From an uncultured virus (IMG/VR IMGVR_UViG_3300025127_000021) (lineage: Duplodnaviria; Heunggongvirae; Uroviricota; Caudoviricetes): 64,000 nt of DNA. Both the position numbers and the translations under genes were made by a program. This document shows, piece after piece, positions 17,601 through 26,548 of the stretch (its first letter is position 1; each line of letters starts with the position of its first letter). Below the pieces are notes generated by a model that saw only the letters and a program-made list of their open reading frames with translations, did not search any database and was not told the DNA's origin. The DNA is taken from IMG/VR virus record IMGVR_UViG_3300025127_000021. The stretch is one strand, 5' to 3'.

Positions 17601-20221
17601 AGCCTATTTTAGATGCTTTAGATACCATTGTGGACACAATTCAAGAAGTCTTCTCTGGTGAGTTTGACAAAAGACCATCTTACAACGATGAAACTTCATA
17701 TGAAGACCATCAACAGTCTATCAAGAAAGACACTCCAGCAACAGACGACCCAAAAGATGAAGAAGAAGAATTAGAACAAGCCAAACAGGAGCTTGACGAA
17801 CCAACTCTACAGTTAATCGAAGATCTTGAGGTGCAACTGAAGACATATGGAAATTTCTACAACACCCTGCAACTTTTTATGGTAGCGAAACATTCTCAAA
17901 TTGGTATTAAATCTGGAGACATTCAAAAGTTATTAAGTTTTCTAAAACAAACTAGCTCTGGAAAGATGACCAAAGGAGAGCAATTTGTTACCCGTGGTAT
18001 GGCAAGACTAAAAACATATCAAAGAAAATTTGAAAGATTTACTGACAGAACCATTGCCAAAGCCTCAGATGCTAGAGGGCTAAAGACAAAATTGACAACT
18101 TTACAGAATATCTATAAAAATCTTCTAGGTAAGGAATCTGGCGAAGTGAACGAAGCATTGGGTTTGGACGATGAATCTTCAAAGTCTTTAATGGAAATTT
18201 ACACACTTATATCAGAATATTTGGCAATTTATCAAGCGGCTCAGTTTATTTTAGATGACCTTGTTAAGAAAGATCCAGATATGATTATGAAACAAAAACA
18301 AGTGCTAAGTTTATATAAACGAGACTTGGGTCTTAAAGCTCGTGCTCTTAACGATAAGATAAAACAAAAGATGCCCAATGGAGAAACTGTTGCTGATGTT
18401 TTGATAAAAGCACTAGAGGGCGCACAAATTGAATCTTCAGAAGACATAAAAGTCATAGTGGATAAGCATAAAAAATATTATGAACAACTATCACAAGTTA
18501 GAAACAAACTTGACGATGTTGAAACCTATAAGGATTTGGTAAAGTTAATTAATTTAGACAAAGCAGTTATAGAAGTACCACCAGAGTTAAACGAATCAGA
18601 AGATTTGCAGGTTAACAAATACAAAGAATCTTTGGATAAATATTTAAAAGCATACAATCAGATGCTAACGTTGTCTAATGAAAAATCTGACCAAAAAGAC
18701 CTAGAGCAAGCAAAACTAGATTATGACACTGCATTTGAGAACATTAAAGAGTTAAACAAATTAATTTTAACTGGCAAAAAAATAGTTGGGATTAATATGC
18801 CAGACGCACCTGAGCCCGAAGATGTCACCGATGACGCAAAACTAATATGGTCAATCGCAGACGATGACAAAAAATTCTTTGATCAAGCCGCTTCTAAAAT
18901 AAAAGATATTGAAATAGAGGACAATGAAGTACGCGAAGCGCTCCAAGGACTGGTGGCAGCTTTAATCATGACAGGTCAGCTTACCCCGGGCAAACTGGGC
19001 GAAGATATGAAAAAAGGACAGCGACAGAAAAATTACACTTTCCTAAGCGCCTACTTGGTAGACTTTGTTGATATCGAATCAGATGTTAAATTTGATGTCT
19101 TAGAGAGGTTTATTAATCCGGCTCATGCTGAGAAGTTAGCCAAATGGGTCAAAGATAACCAACAACAGGTTAAAGCAATTTTTGGAAAATCTACTGATTC
19201 CGAGCCGGAAGCATCTGATCCCCAAGAGTCTGAAAACACACCAATGCGAGACATTCTTAAAAATATGTCCCAATTTAATTTGAAAACTTCCGAGCAAGCT
19301 CAGTCCCACATTCAACCGTTCAAGGATTCTAACGATGAAAATCAAAAAAACGTTTACAAGACTCTACAAAATTATTATGATAGCAATGATGAAGTAAAAT
19401 CAAAGATGTTACCAGACCCAACGGATGATGAAACCAAGCTAATTAATTTATTAGAACCAGAGTTCGATGTGGAGTTAGATGGGGAATCCGAATTAGTAAA
19501 AGCAATAGAAAAGGAAATTTCTCCCGAAGACATTCAAAATATTATCGCTTCTGACGATCAAGAGGTGGAAATTAAAAGACTTGAGGACGAAGTTGTAACG
19601 AACATCACCAAACTAAATATAGTATCTCCGGACGATGCTGAAATCGCAGTGGAAAAAGAAATAGAAAAACAAGTCCAAACGCAGGAAACAGGCGACACTC
19701 CAGCCCCTGCAACCTATGTTTTGCCACCAGAGAGAACTGATGCAATGTTGGAGTTATATAAAAACTCTAACATCATAAAGAAAAAGAGTGTTGATGGATT
19801 TTTTAAACCAAATTTGCCAAAGTTTATAAATTTCTTAGGAGAGCTAAAATTTGACCTAGAAGAAAAAAAGAAGAAAAAGAAAAACATTAATTCACCAGAA
19901 AGCACAATAGGTAACTTATCAAAACTGGGCTTTGAGGGTTTTGATAAAAACAAAGCAATGGAAAAATACAAAAATCACCCAGATAAAGAGATTTTAGGCG
20001 TGTTTCTTAAGCTTTTTGCTGGCGGTGCTGCCAAAAAACTTAAACCAATCTGGGACTCGATTGTGAAAAAAGATAGCTCAAAGATAAATCAAATGCGAAA
20101 AAACAAAATGGCCCGCCAAGCAGCTTCTCCTTCTTCTGCCGGAATGGCTAAAGCAGCCGAAGCTTTAACTAACAAACTTAAACCAATCATCCGAGAGATG
20201 ATACGAGGAAACTATGGCTAA
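14648..20221 (+). CDS. giant helical acidic protein (1857 aa), probable internal head protein
   Basis: SD-supported start 14648; many (L/I/V)xE linkers; C-terminal KLKPIIREMIR. Confidence 0.65.
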   Translation: MLNEEEADVETVKDLADKNAQIDKALQQIFGSIEKQAMKAADVKSEGIGDAIKNALDPSKNPVLKMINKSKALGSIMAALGLAGKAPPHEVSLNSMVDGLADPKPGVIELISDYIDPSTLETIMQLVQQTPMEETLEDQIAEAVMDLLDEGPLADKFKDKDGNLKPQLADTTTSPAGGDSDKGDDQQGSTETDDKTKKAMAVLNQVLKNVAAKGPAEAINDFREDKKAVNTYKAAVAALGGEDKVENSLEGDQQKQFAKLNVFWEEVFGPLDSPIDSSADNKNKVDDNKLKQINKAIDSISKTVKDPKGFTSYFVGRTDGSFSVLKSIFLITSKEDMEKTQEVDKNAVLLRTALQAKYLDKDMQVAQPFVALVYNSKKYSLDQIEAVDKQKLEERYKEADSFKVLNIKQFLAMASTLKQYKNAAMVLSLKNPENPVLNWAGLGENGVKAIEALLATKSLEEFVKKYKSTNQALKMPTISSGAFARMKPEEILDAVKKQFSELDETAPSDDKKVVPHLEKFLKGGEEQTSELEVSKAEERYGQALKQFLDDNQYLVVVKFLAILMKAELIQEGPLQDAWKVLNIEQGWSKVLKQAEADGTFTKEERKVLISVLKDPEKSKQFVAAIQQTEKEPQGKEGSGEDKSIGEFEPQELMNSIVVFVGKHNTNLEPDPEGSAPQPGARPNFFYPHDNKMSSQAKIIHGLYAQMRKVLKLDPEDLSRQLKAFNDESATTPDKTLPADQPQQNESILREKKFDPKRAGPENFVSLRNYVQDTVEAVGEYKQTATKGMKGSQSLYNKYKAQLGGDARNPKDVLYKLLLPNVVNLANALAARIEFEMKKRPSDKEDEETTDQDPKAAETDDKQVQKEVIIEGAGDDYLKKVEQIKAVFLKVSDIAPRLYDTLEQYGGEDLKPIKDIRSASQSIYTELEKIREFFPLTKPFESELHGTKGFDDALKRTQALLRTVNRALVPVSTFGSFEDMKTASLKPILDALDTIVDTIQEVFSGEFDKRPSYNDETSYEDHQQSIKKDTPATDDPKDEEEELEQAKQELDEPTLQLIEDLEVQLKTYGNFYNTLQLFMVAKHSQIGIKSGDIQKLLSFLKQTSSGKMTKGEQFVTRGMARLKTYQRKFERFTDRTIAKASDARGLKTKLTTLQNIYKNLLGKESGEVNEALGLDDESSKSLMEIYTLISEYLAIYQAAQFILDDLVKKDPDMIMKQKQVLSLYKRDLGLKARALNDKIKQKMPNGETVADVLIKALEGAQIESSEDIKVIVDKHKKYYEQLSQVRNKLDDVETYKDLVKLINLDKAVIEVPPELNESEDLQVNKYKESLDKYLKAYNQMLTLSNEKSDQKDLEQAKLDYDTAFENIKELNKLILTGKKIVGINMPDAPEPEDVTDDAKLIWSIADDDKKFFDQAASKIKDIEIEDNEVREALQGLVAALIMTGQLTPGKLGEDMKKGQRQKNYTFLSAYLVDFVDIESDVKFDVLERFINPAHAEKLAKWVKDNQQQVKAIFGKSTDSEPEASDPQESENTPMRDILKNMSQFNLKTSEQAQSHIQPFKDSNDENQKNVYKTLQNYYDSNDEVKSKMLPDPTDDETKLINLLEPEFDVELDGESELVKAIEKEISPEDIQNIIASDDQEVEIKRLEDEVVTNITKLNIVSPDDAEIAVEKEIEKQVQTQETGDTPAPATYVLPPERTDAMLELYKNSNIIKKKSVDGFFKPNLPKFINFLGELKFDLEEKKKKKKNINSPESTIGNLSKLGFEGFDKNKAMEKYKNHPDKEILGVFLKLFAGGAAKKLKPIWDSIVKKDSSKINQMRKNKMARQAASPSSAGMAKAAEALTNKLKPIIREMIRGNYG

Positions 20222-21566
20222 AAAAAATTATGTTATTGACACTTCTGTGTGTCTCACAGATGCAGATTGCATCTTTAGATTCGGAAATAACGATGTTTTT
20301 ATCCCACTCAAGGTACTTGAAGAAATAGATAAACATAAAAAGCGCCAAGATTCCGTTGGGTTTAATGCAAGAAAAATTATCAAACATTTCGATACCTTTC
20401 GTGCTCGTGGGTCTCTTCCAAAGGGAATCCGAATTGAGAAAGGTCAAGGTATTATTAAAGTATGTGATAGAACAGCAGGATCTCTTCCTGCGTCTTTAGA
20501 TTCAAGAGTTGCCGACCATGTGATTTTGGCCTCGGCAATGTCGGTGCATCAAGCATGGGAAAAACGTAAAACTGTTGTTGTGTCAAGAGATATTAATATG
20601 CGAGTCATAGCTAACTCTATTGGTCTTGAGTCTGAAGATTACGAAACCGAAAAAGTGGTTGAAGACGCCGATAAGCTTTATTCTGGATTTGAAGAGTTGG
20701 TTGTCGATGATGAAATGATAGACCAGTTTTACGCTGGTGAGCCTATTTTGATTCCACCAGAACTTCCTTATTCTCAAAAAGCTAAGCTTTATCCTAACCA
20801 ATTCTTGATGTTGATATCTTCGGCTAATCCCAAGAAGACAGCATTAGCAAGATTCAAGGACTATAATAATCCACTTATGATCACCAAGAAGTGGAGTGAC
20901 AGCCTGTGTTGGGGAGTTGTACCACGCAACAAAGAACAAGGGTTTGCTTATGACTTATTGTTTGACGACAATATTCCTCTTGTTTCTCTTATTGGTAAAG
21001 CAGGTTCCGGAAAAACACTGATGGCCATTGCCGCAGGCATGGAACAGACTTTAGGCACTAATCGAATTATGGACATGTCAACACCAAAGTATAAAAAGAT
21101 TGTGGTGTCCAGACCAGTTCAACCCCTTGGAAAAGACATTGGTTTTCTACCCGGAACCATGAATGACAAAATGCTTCCTTGGTTGATGCCAATTCAAGAT
21201 AATATGCAGTTTATTCTTGGTAACGACCGCACAATGCTTCGTTCTTATCTTGAATCAGGAGAAATTGAAATCGAAGCTTTAACTTATATTCGAGGTCGAT
21301 CTATATCCAATGCATTTGTTATCATAGATGAAGCTCAAAACTTAACCGCACATGAGGTCAAGACCATTATCACCCGAATCGGAGAGAACACCAAAATTGT
21401 TCTTACAGGAGACATTGAACAGATAGATAATATCTACACCAATGAGACCTCTAATGGGTTAGCGTATGCGGTTGAAAGATTTAAGAATAGCCCACTTTCT
21501 GGACACATCACCTTTAAGAAGGGTGAACGTTCCAAGATTGCTACTCTTGCCTCGAAGATTTTATAA
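20214..21566 (+). CDS. phoH: PIN-PhoH (PhoH2/YlaK-like) protein
   Basis: YVIDTSV..EEID..DH..SRDINMR PIN domain; GKAGSGKT, IGFLPG, YIRGRS, DEAQN, GDIEQID. Confidence 0.93.
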   Translation: MAKKNYVIDTSVCLTDADCIFRFGNNDVFIPLKVLEEIDKHKKRQDSVGFNARKIIKHFDTFRARGSLPKGIRIEKGQGIIKVCDRTAGSLPASLDSRVADHVILASAMSVHQAWEKRKTVVVSRDINMRVIANSIGLESEDYETEKVVEDADKLYSGFEELVVDDEMIDQFYAGEPILIPPELPYSQKAKLYPNQFLMLISSANPKKTALARFKDYNNPLMITKKWSDSLCWGVVPRNKEQGFAYDLLFDDNIPLVSLIGKAGSGKTLMAIAAGMEQTLGTNRIMDMSTPKYKKIVVSRPVQPLGKDIGFLPGTMNDKMLPWLMPIQDNMQFILGNDRTMLRSYLESGEIEIEALTYIRGRSISNAFVIIDEAQNLTAHEVKTIITRIGENTKIVLTGDIEQIDNIYTNETSNGLAYAVERFKNSPLSGHITFKKGERSKIATLASKIL

Positions 21567-21578
21567 TATGGAGATGTT

Positions 21579-22220
21579 ATGACCATTCTAATGATGTTTT
21601 GGCTGATGCTCACTGCACAGGCAAACGAAGACTTTCAAAAGATCAATATATATGTTGATATTACGGAAGTTCATGCACCTGACGGCTCGAAGGGTACAAG
21701 TATACCCCTCAACCTCATGATTAGCAAACAAGCTCAAATTACCAGCGTGTTAGAGCATAGATTGCATTATTTGTCAGGCTACCCACCTTGGAATGGCGAG
21801 ATCGATGTTTGGGATTGGCGCAATGTTCAGTATATGCCCAGCTACAAAAAGTGTGACTATATCAATGCTGTGAAGTGTGGAGTGAAGAATGGACACTGGA
21901 CTTTGCGAACTATAGTCTCTGTTGGAGACAAGTTCTCTGTATTTCAAACATTACTATACGACGAGACAGGTAGGATAATCGGATCCTCAAATCAAACCGC
22001 ATGGGGAACCATTCGATGGAAGCCTCAATGGAAATTGACCAAGATAAAAGAATCTGGTGGATTTGGCGGAGACAAACAAACCGAGGTCTTTGAAATGTGG
22101 CCTCCGAAAATGGAGGAACTGCCTCCTTTAATCACACCTTATGTTGTTGGTCAATCCAAGTTTGGGTTCTACGGAGGACTCAAAAGAAGTGCATGCACAT
22201 TAAAAAGTTGCAGAAAATAA
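21579..22220 (+). CDS. exported hypothetical protein
   Basis: Hydrophobic signal peptide ending AQA; Cys pairs. Confidence 0.65.
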   Translation: MTILMMFWLMLTAQANEDFQKINIYVDITEVHAPDGSKGTSIPLNLMISKQAQITSVLEHRLHYLSGYPPWNGEIDVWDWRNVQYMPSYKKCDYINAVKCGVKNGHWTLRTIVSVGDKFSVFQTLLYDETGRIIGSSNQTAWGTIRWKPQWKLTKIKESGGFGGDKQTEVFEMWPPKMEELPPLITPYVVGQSKFGFYGGLKRSACTLKSCRK

Positions 22221-22230
22221 AAAAAAACAC

Positions 22231-22260
22231 TTGACAAATGAACTCAACGTGTTATATTAT
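22231..22260 (+). promoter_or_regulatory. sigma70-type promoter
   Basis: A tract, TTGACA, 16 nt, TATATT(AT) with TG extension. Confidence 0.75.
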
Positions 22261-22277
22261 ATACATAAGGAAAACAA

Positions 22278-22949
22278 ATGAGTTGGATTCAAGAAAGTGT
22301 AAGCAAAGGTAAAGCAGCAAATAACTTCTATTCTTTTAACGGAACAGATGTTTATATTATGCACCAACTACCTAAGCACGTTTTTATAGAAGAGGTGCTA
22401 AAAAAAGTATCTAAGCGAATTCCAATGCATTTCACTAACGGTGTGGACGTTATCTATATTGGGAAGTTTCAAAACATGATTGACCGCGAAGTCAACGCCA
22501 TGTATGAAGACGGTGCCATCTATATTACCAATGAACAAGACGATATCGATGATATGATTGATGATTTGGTACATGAGATAGCTCACTCTGTCGAGACAGA
22601 ATATCCCGAAGTAATATACGAAGACGGAACCTTATTTAAAGAATTTATTGGAAAGAGAAAACGACTTACGTCTATGCTAAATGCACATGGCTTTGATGTA
22701 GATCCTATCTTCCGATCAAGACCAGAGTTCAATCAAAAGATTGATGACTTTTTGTACAAAGAAGTTGGCTATGACCTTCTGGCAGATTTAGTTATTGGTC
22801 TGTTTCCCGGACCTTACTCAACAACATCATTGAGGGAATACTTTGCTGTTGGATTTGAGGAGTTTTTTATCGGAGACAGAAGACACTTAAAACAAATATC
22901 TCCAGTTTTATATTCTAAACTGGAACAATTAACATCCTTGGGGGGATAA
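22278..22949 (+). CDS. HExxH zinc metallopeptidase-like protein
   Basis: DLVHEIAH and a downstream REYFA. Confidence 0.65.
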   Translation: MSWIQESVSKGKAANNFYSFNGTDVYIMHQLPKHVFIEEVLKKVSKRIPMHFTNGVDVIYIGKFQNMIDREVNAMYEDGAIYITNEQDDIDDMIDDLVHEIAHSVETEYPEVIYEDGTLFKEFIGKRKRLTSMLNAHGFDVDPIFRSRPEFNQKIDDFLYKEVGYDLLADLVIGLFPGPYSTTSLREYFAVGFEEFFIGDRRHLKQISPVLYSKLEQLTSLGG

Positions 22950-23728
22950 TGAAAAAATATATATCGTATTCGGAACTAAAAATTTGGTCCGAGTGTGCGT
23001 TTAAGCACAAACTTATCTATGTAGATAAAGTAAAAAAATTCATTGGTAATGAATTTACAGCCTTTGGTAAAGCTTTACACGCTGTGTGCGAGTTTACAGC
23101 CAAAGGAGAGTTGCCAGAAGACGAGCAAGATGGATTCTTTGATTATGAATTCTTGCGTGAATTAAAGGCACTCAAGGGCGAGGTCGAGTTTCGACCAAAA
23201 TTGGTGGAGGACATGAGAAGTCAGGCTAAAAAAATTACCCCCCAAATATTCCCCGCTTTAGCCAAAACATTCGGCAATTATGAGGTTGTCTCCGTTGAAG
23301 AACAACTCTTTGAACCAATAACCGAGTTCGCACCTGAGAACATAAAACTCAAAGGATTTGTTGACTTGATTATTAAAACAGAAGATGGTAAATACCATGT
23401 CATCGACTGGAAAACTTGTTCATGGGGTTGGGATGCCGAGAAGCGATCTGATAAATTGGTAACATACCAGCTAACCTTATATAAAAAATATTTTTGTGCA
23501 AAACACAAGGTTGATCCAAAATTAGTCGAAACTCACTTCGCCCTTCTTAAACGTACTGCGAAAAAAGATAACGTAGAAATATTCAGAGTAACTTCTGGTC
23601 CTCGAAAGACCAACAATGCAACAAAACTTTTGACAGACGCTTTGCACAATCTACATTCAGGTTTTCCTGTAAAAAATAGAAAGAACTGTCAAAAATGCGA
23701 GTTTTATCAAACTGAGCATTGCCAATGA
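22949..23728 (+). CDS. PD-(D/E)XK exonuclease, Cas4/AddB-like with Fe-S cysteines
   Basis: SYS..C, GFVDL, IDWKT, QLTLY, C-terminal CQKC..C. Confidence 0.88.
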   Translation: MKKYISYSELKIWSECAFKHKLIYVDKVKKFIGNEFTAFGKALHAVCEFTAKGELPEDEQDGFFDYEFLRELKALKGEVEFRPKLVEDMRSQAKKITPQIFPALAKTFGNYEVVSVEEQLFEPITEFAPENIKLKGFVDLIIKTEDGKYHVIDWKTCSWGWDAEKRSDKLVTYQLTLYKKYFCAKHKVDPKLVETHFALLKRTAKKDNVEIFRVTSGPRKTNNATKLLTDALHNLHSGFPVKNRKNCQKCEFYQTEHCQ

Positions 23729-24021
23729 GCGATCAGTTAAATGTTTATGAATATGTACTTGGAGAAGGATTGAAAACATATTTTAACCCAATGAAGAATC
23801 CTGCGCCTATCCACCCTGACATACTAAAACTTATGAATCAAAAATTTGAAGTTGGGGATTTGGTTGAGACCTGCACAAGATCAGTAGGCATAATAAAAGA
23901 AATAGTATCTCACTGGGAAGAGGGCCCAATGTACATATCAGGCGCTAATAATACACAGTATGTAGTTCTTGTTGGGGACACAAAAAAAGTACTTGTGGGA
24001 TATTCTTTAAAAAAAATATAA
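23725..24021 (+). CDS. hypothetical protein
   Basis: ATGA overlap; FEVGDLV motif. Confidence 0.65.
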   Translation: MSDQLNVYEYVLGEGLKTYFNPMKNPAPIHPDILKLMNQKFEVGDLVETCTRSVGIIKEIVSHWEEGPMYISGANNTQYVVLVGDTKKVLVGYSLKKI

Positions 24022-24028
24022 AAAAAAC

Positions 24029-24057
24029 TTGACACACTGTTAAAAGTGTGTTATATT
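24029..24057 (+). promoter_or_regulatory. sigma70-type promoter with internal palindrome
   Basis: A tract, TTGACA-17 nt-TATATT; ACACACT-N6-AGTGTGT spans the spacer. Confidence 0.8.
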
Positions 24058-24080
24058 ATTATAACACATCGGAGTATAAA

Positions 24081-25331
24081 TTGTCTAAGAAGATAAAAGT
24101 TTTAACCCTAAGCGATCATCCGTTATCGCCTTCTGGAGTTGGAACACAAACAAAATATTTTTGCCAAGGTCTTTTAGAAACTGGCAAATTTTCTATTTTA
24201 AGTTTAGGTGGAGCTATCAAACACGATAACTATAATCAGATTATGGTAGAGCCTTATAACGAAGATTGGAGAATTATTCCAATTGATGGATATGGAACAC
24301 CAGAAATGATAAGATCTGTTATCAAAACAGAGAATATCGACATTGTTTGGTTTATGACTGATCCTAGATTTTGGGATTGGTTGTGGATGATGGAGAATGA
24401 AATCAGACCTCATTGTCCTATGGTATATTATCATGTGTGGGATAATTTCCCTGCACCAAAGTACAATAGAAATTTCTATATGTCTAATGACCATATTGTC
24501 ACCATATCTAAATTGACAAACGATATCGTTCGAGAGGTGGCTCCTGAGGTGCCCCGCACCTATCACCCTCATGCGGTTGATCCTGATGTGTTTAAGCCGC
24601 TACCTCCTGATGTGGTGGCAAAGTTGAAAGATCAAATGTGGACAAGTCAGGGTCACGATCCAGATAAATTCACAGTTTTTTGGAACAACAGGAATGCCAG
24701 ACGCAAACAGTCAGGCTCGCTAATATTTTGGTTTAAGGACTTCTTAGATCAAGTTGGACATGACAAAGCAAGACTACTCATGCACACTGATCCAAATGAT
24801 CCTCATGGTCAAGATTTGGTTGCTATAATCAAAGATTTTGGCCTCAACAAAGATCAAGTTATGTTGTCGACATCAAAACTACCAGCCGAGAACTTGGCTG
24901 CAATCTATAATGTTGTAGACGTTACAATTAATATTAGCGATGCTGAAGGGTTTGGTCTATCCACTTTGGAATCTTTATCATGTGGAACACCAATCATTGC
25001 TACTATGACCGGTGGTTTACAAGAGCAAGTTACAAATGGTGTAGACATGTTTGGCATTCCACTTTATCCATCATCAAAAGCACTAATAGGGTCTCAGCAG
25101 GTTCCATACATCTATGAAGATCGTTTGGACAAAAATCAAGTAGTGTCTGCTCTCAACAAGATGTATGCACTTGGTAATGAGGGTCGAAGACAAATGGGCC
25201 TCGCTGGTCTAAAGCATGTCCATACAAATTATAACTTCAACACTTACAGGTCTAAGTGGGCAGAAATTATGGAAAAAATATATAATTCACGAGGAAACTA
25301 TACTAGTGTTGTTTTTAAGGAGGTAGCGTGA
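24081..25331 (+). CDS. GT-B glycosyltransferase family 4
   Basis: NRNARRK and EGFGLSTLESLSCGTP; TTG start after GGAG. Confidence 0.9.
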   Translation: MSKKIKVLTLSDHPLSPSGVGTQTKYFCQGLLETGKFSILSLGGAIKHDNYNQIMVEPYNEDWRIIPIDGYGTPEMIRSVIKTENIDIVWFMTDPRFWDWLWMMENEIRPHCPMVYYHVWDNFPAPKYNRNFYMSNDHIVTISKLTNDIVREVAPEVPRTYHPHAVDPDVFKPLPPDVVAKLKDQMWTSQGHDPDKFTVFWNNRNARRKQSGSLIFWFKDFLDQVGHDKARLLMHTDPNDPHGQDLVAIIKDFGLNKDQVMLSTSKLPAENLAAIYNVVDVTINISDAEGFGLSTLESLSCGTPIIATMTGGLQEQVTNGVDMFGIPLYPSSKALIGSQQVPYIYEDRLDKNQVVSALNKMYALGNEGRRQMGLAGLKHVHTNYNFNTYRSKWAEIMEKIYNSRGNYTSVVFKEVA

Positions 25332-26548
25332 AAAAGAAAATTATACTCAGAGGACCTGTTTTATCACAGTCCGGATATGGAGAACAAGCAAGGTTTGCTC
25401 TCCGTGCTCTACTAGCAGATGACAGAACTGATGTATATGTCCAAGCTGTTCGCTGGGGGCATACCGGTTGGATCTGGGAAGATACAGAAGAAAGAAGAAA
25501 AATTGATGAGTTAATCACAAAGACAATTCACTATAACCGCAACGGCGGTGGTTTTGATATGTCATTGCAAGTTACTATTCCAAATGAGTGGGAAAAACTA
25601 GCACCAATTAATATTGGCTATACTGCTGGTATTGAAACCACTAAGGTTTCTCCCCATTGGCTTGTAAAAGGTAATGATATGGATCACATTATAGTAGTAT
25701 CTAATCATTCAAAACATGTGTATGAGAATACCCCTGCTACTGCAAAAAATCAAGAAACAGGTAAAGAGGTGGACTACAACCTAACAACACCTGTTGTATC
25801 GGTAAATTATGCTGTACGTAACAGGACGACTACTGAGCCGATCCCCGGATTCGAACCATCAACAGATTTTAACTTTTTGTGTGTCTCCCAGTGGGGTCCA
25901 AGAAAAAACTTTACAAATACAATCAAATGGTTTGTAGAGGAGTTTCACGATCAAGAAGTGGGACTAATTGTTAAAACTTCAATTGCCAATAATAGTATAA
26001 TTGACCGTGACAAATCAGAAGAGCGATTATCTGAGATACTATCTCCTTATACAGATAGAAAGTGCAAGGTTTATATGCTACATGGAGACTTGTCGGAAAA
26101 CCAGCTAAACTGGATTTATACACATGATAAAGTAAAATGCCTTGTTAACATTGCCCATGGCGAAGGTTTTGGGCTGCCTATGTTTGAGGCAGCACAGTGT
26201 GCACTTCCAGTTGTTACAATTGGCTGGTCGGGACAGTTAGACTTCTTAACCCACAAAGGTAAAGAGTATTTTTCTAAAGTTAAGCACCAAATGAAGCCGA
26301 TTCAAAAAGAAGCTGTTTGGGATGGCGTACTGAGGGCAGACTCCGAATGGGCTTATGCAGATCAGGGATCATTTAAAATGAAACTTCGAGATATGAAAAA
26401 GAATTGGCCCAAGCACAAATCCCGCGCAGAAGAACTTAAGACTATCTTGAAAAAGAACTTCACAGAACATCAAATATACGGTCAGTTTTGTTCGTTTTTG
26501 GACAACTTTATTGTTGAGCCCAAAGAAGAGGAATTTCTAATTGATTGA
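25328..26548 (+). CDS. GT-B glycosyltransferase family 4
   Basis: SGYG, PRKN, GEGFGLPMFEA. Confidence 0.9.
   Translation: MKKKIILRGPVLSQSGYGEQARFALRALLADDRTDVYVQAVRWGHTGWIWEDTEERRKIDELITKTIHYNRNGGGFDMSLQVTIPNEWEKLAPINIGYTAGIETTKVSPHWLVKGNDMDHIIVVSNHSKHVYENTPATAKNQETGKEVDYNLTTPVVSVNYAVRNRTTTEPIPGFEPSTDFNFLCVSQWGPRKNFTNTIKWFVEEFHDQEVGLIVKTSIANNSIIDRDKSEERLSEILSPYTDRKCKVYMLHGDLSENQLNWIYTHDKVKCLVNIAHGEGFGLPMFEAAQCALPVVTIGWSGQLDFLTHKGKEYFSKVKHQMKPIQKEAVWDGVLRADSEWAYADQGSFKMKLRDMKKNWPKHKSRAEELKTILKKNFTEHQIYGQFCSFLDNFIVEPKEEEFLID

Noticed and set aside
22949..23728. Cas4-like gene as part of a CRISPR-Cas system
   Set aside because: No repeat-spacer array or other cas genes were seen; solo Cas4-like nucleases are common in phages.
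14609..24080. Longest-ORF starts given in the track (e.g. 14609, 24048; also 5131, 12039, 13480, 30102)
   Set aside because: They fall within terminators, promoters or upstream genes; downstream starts have SD sites or stop-start coupling.
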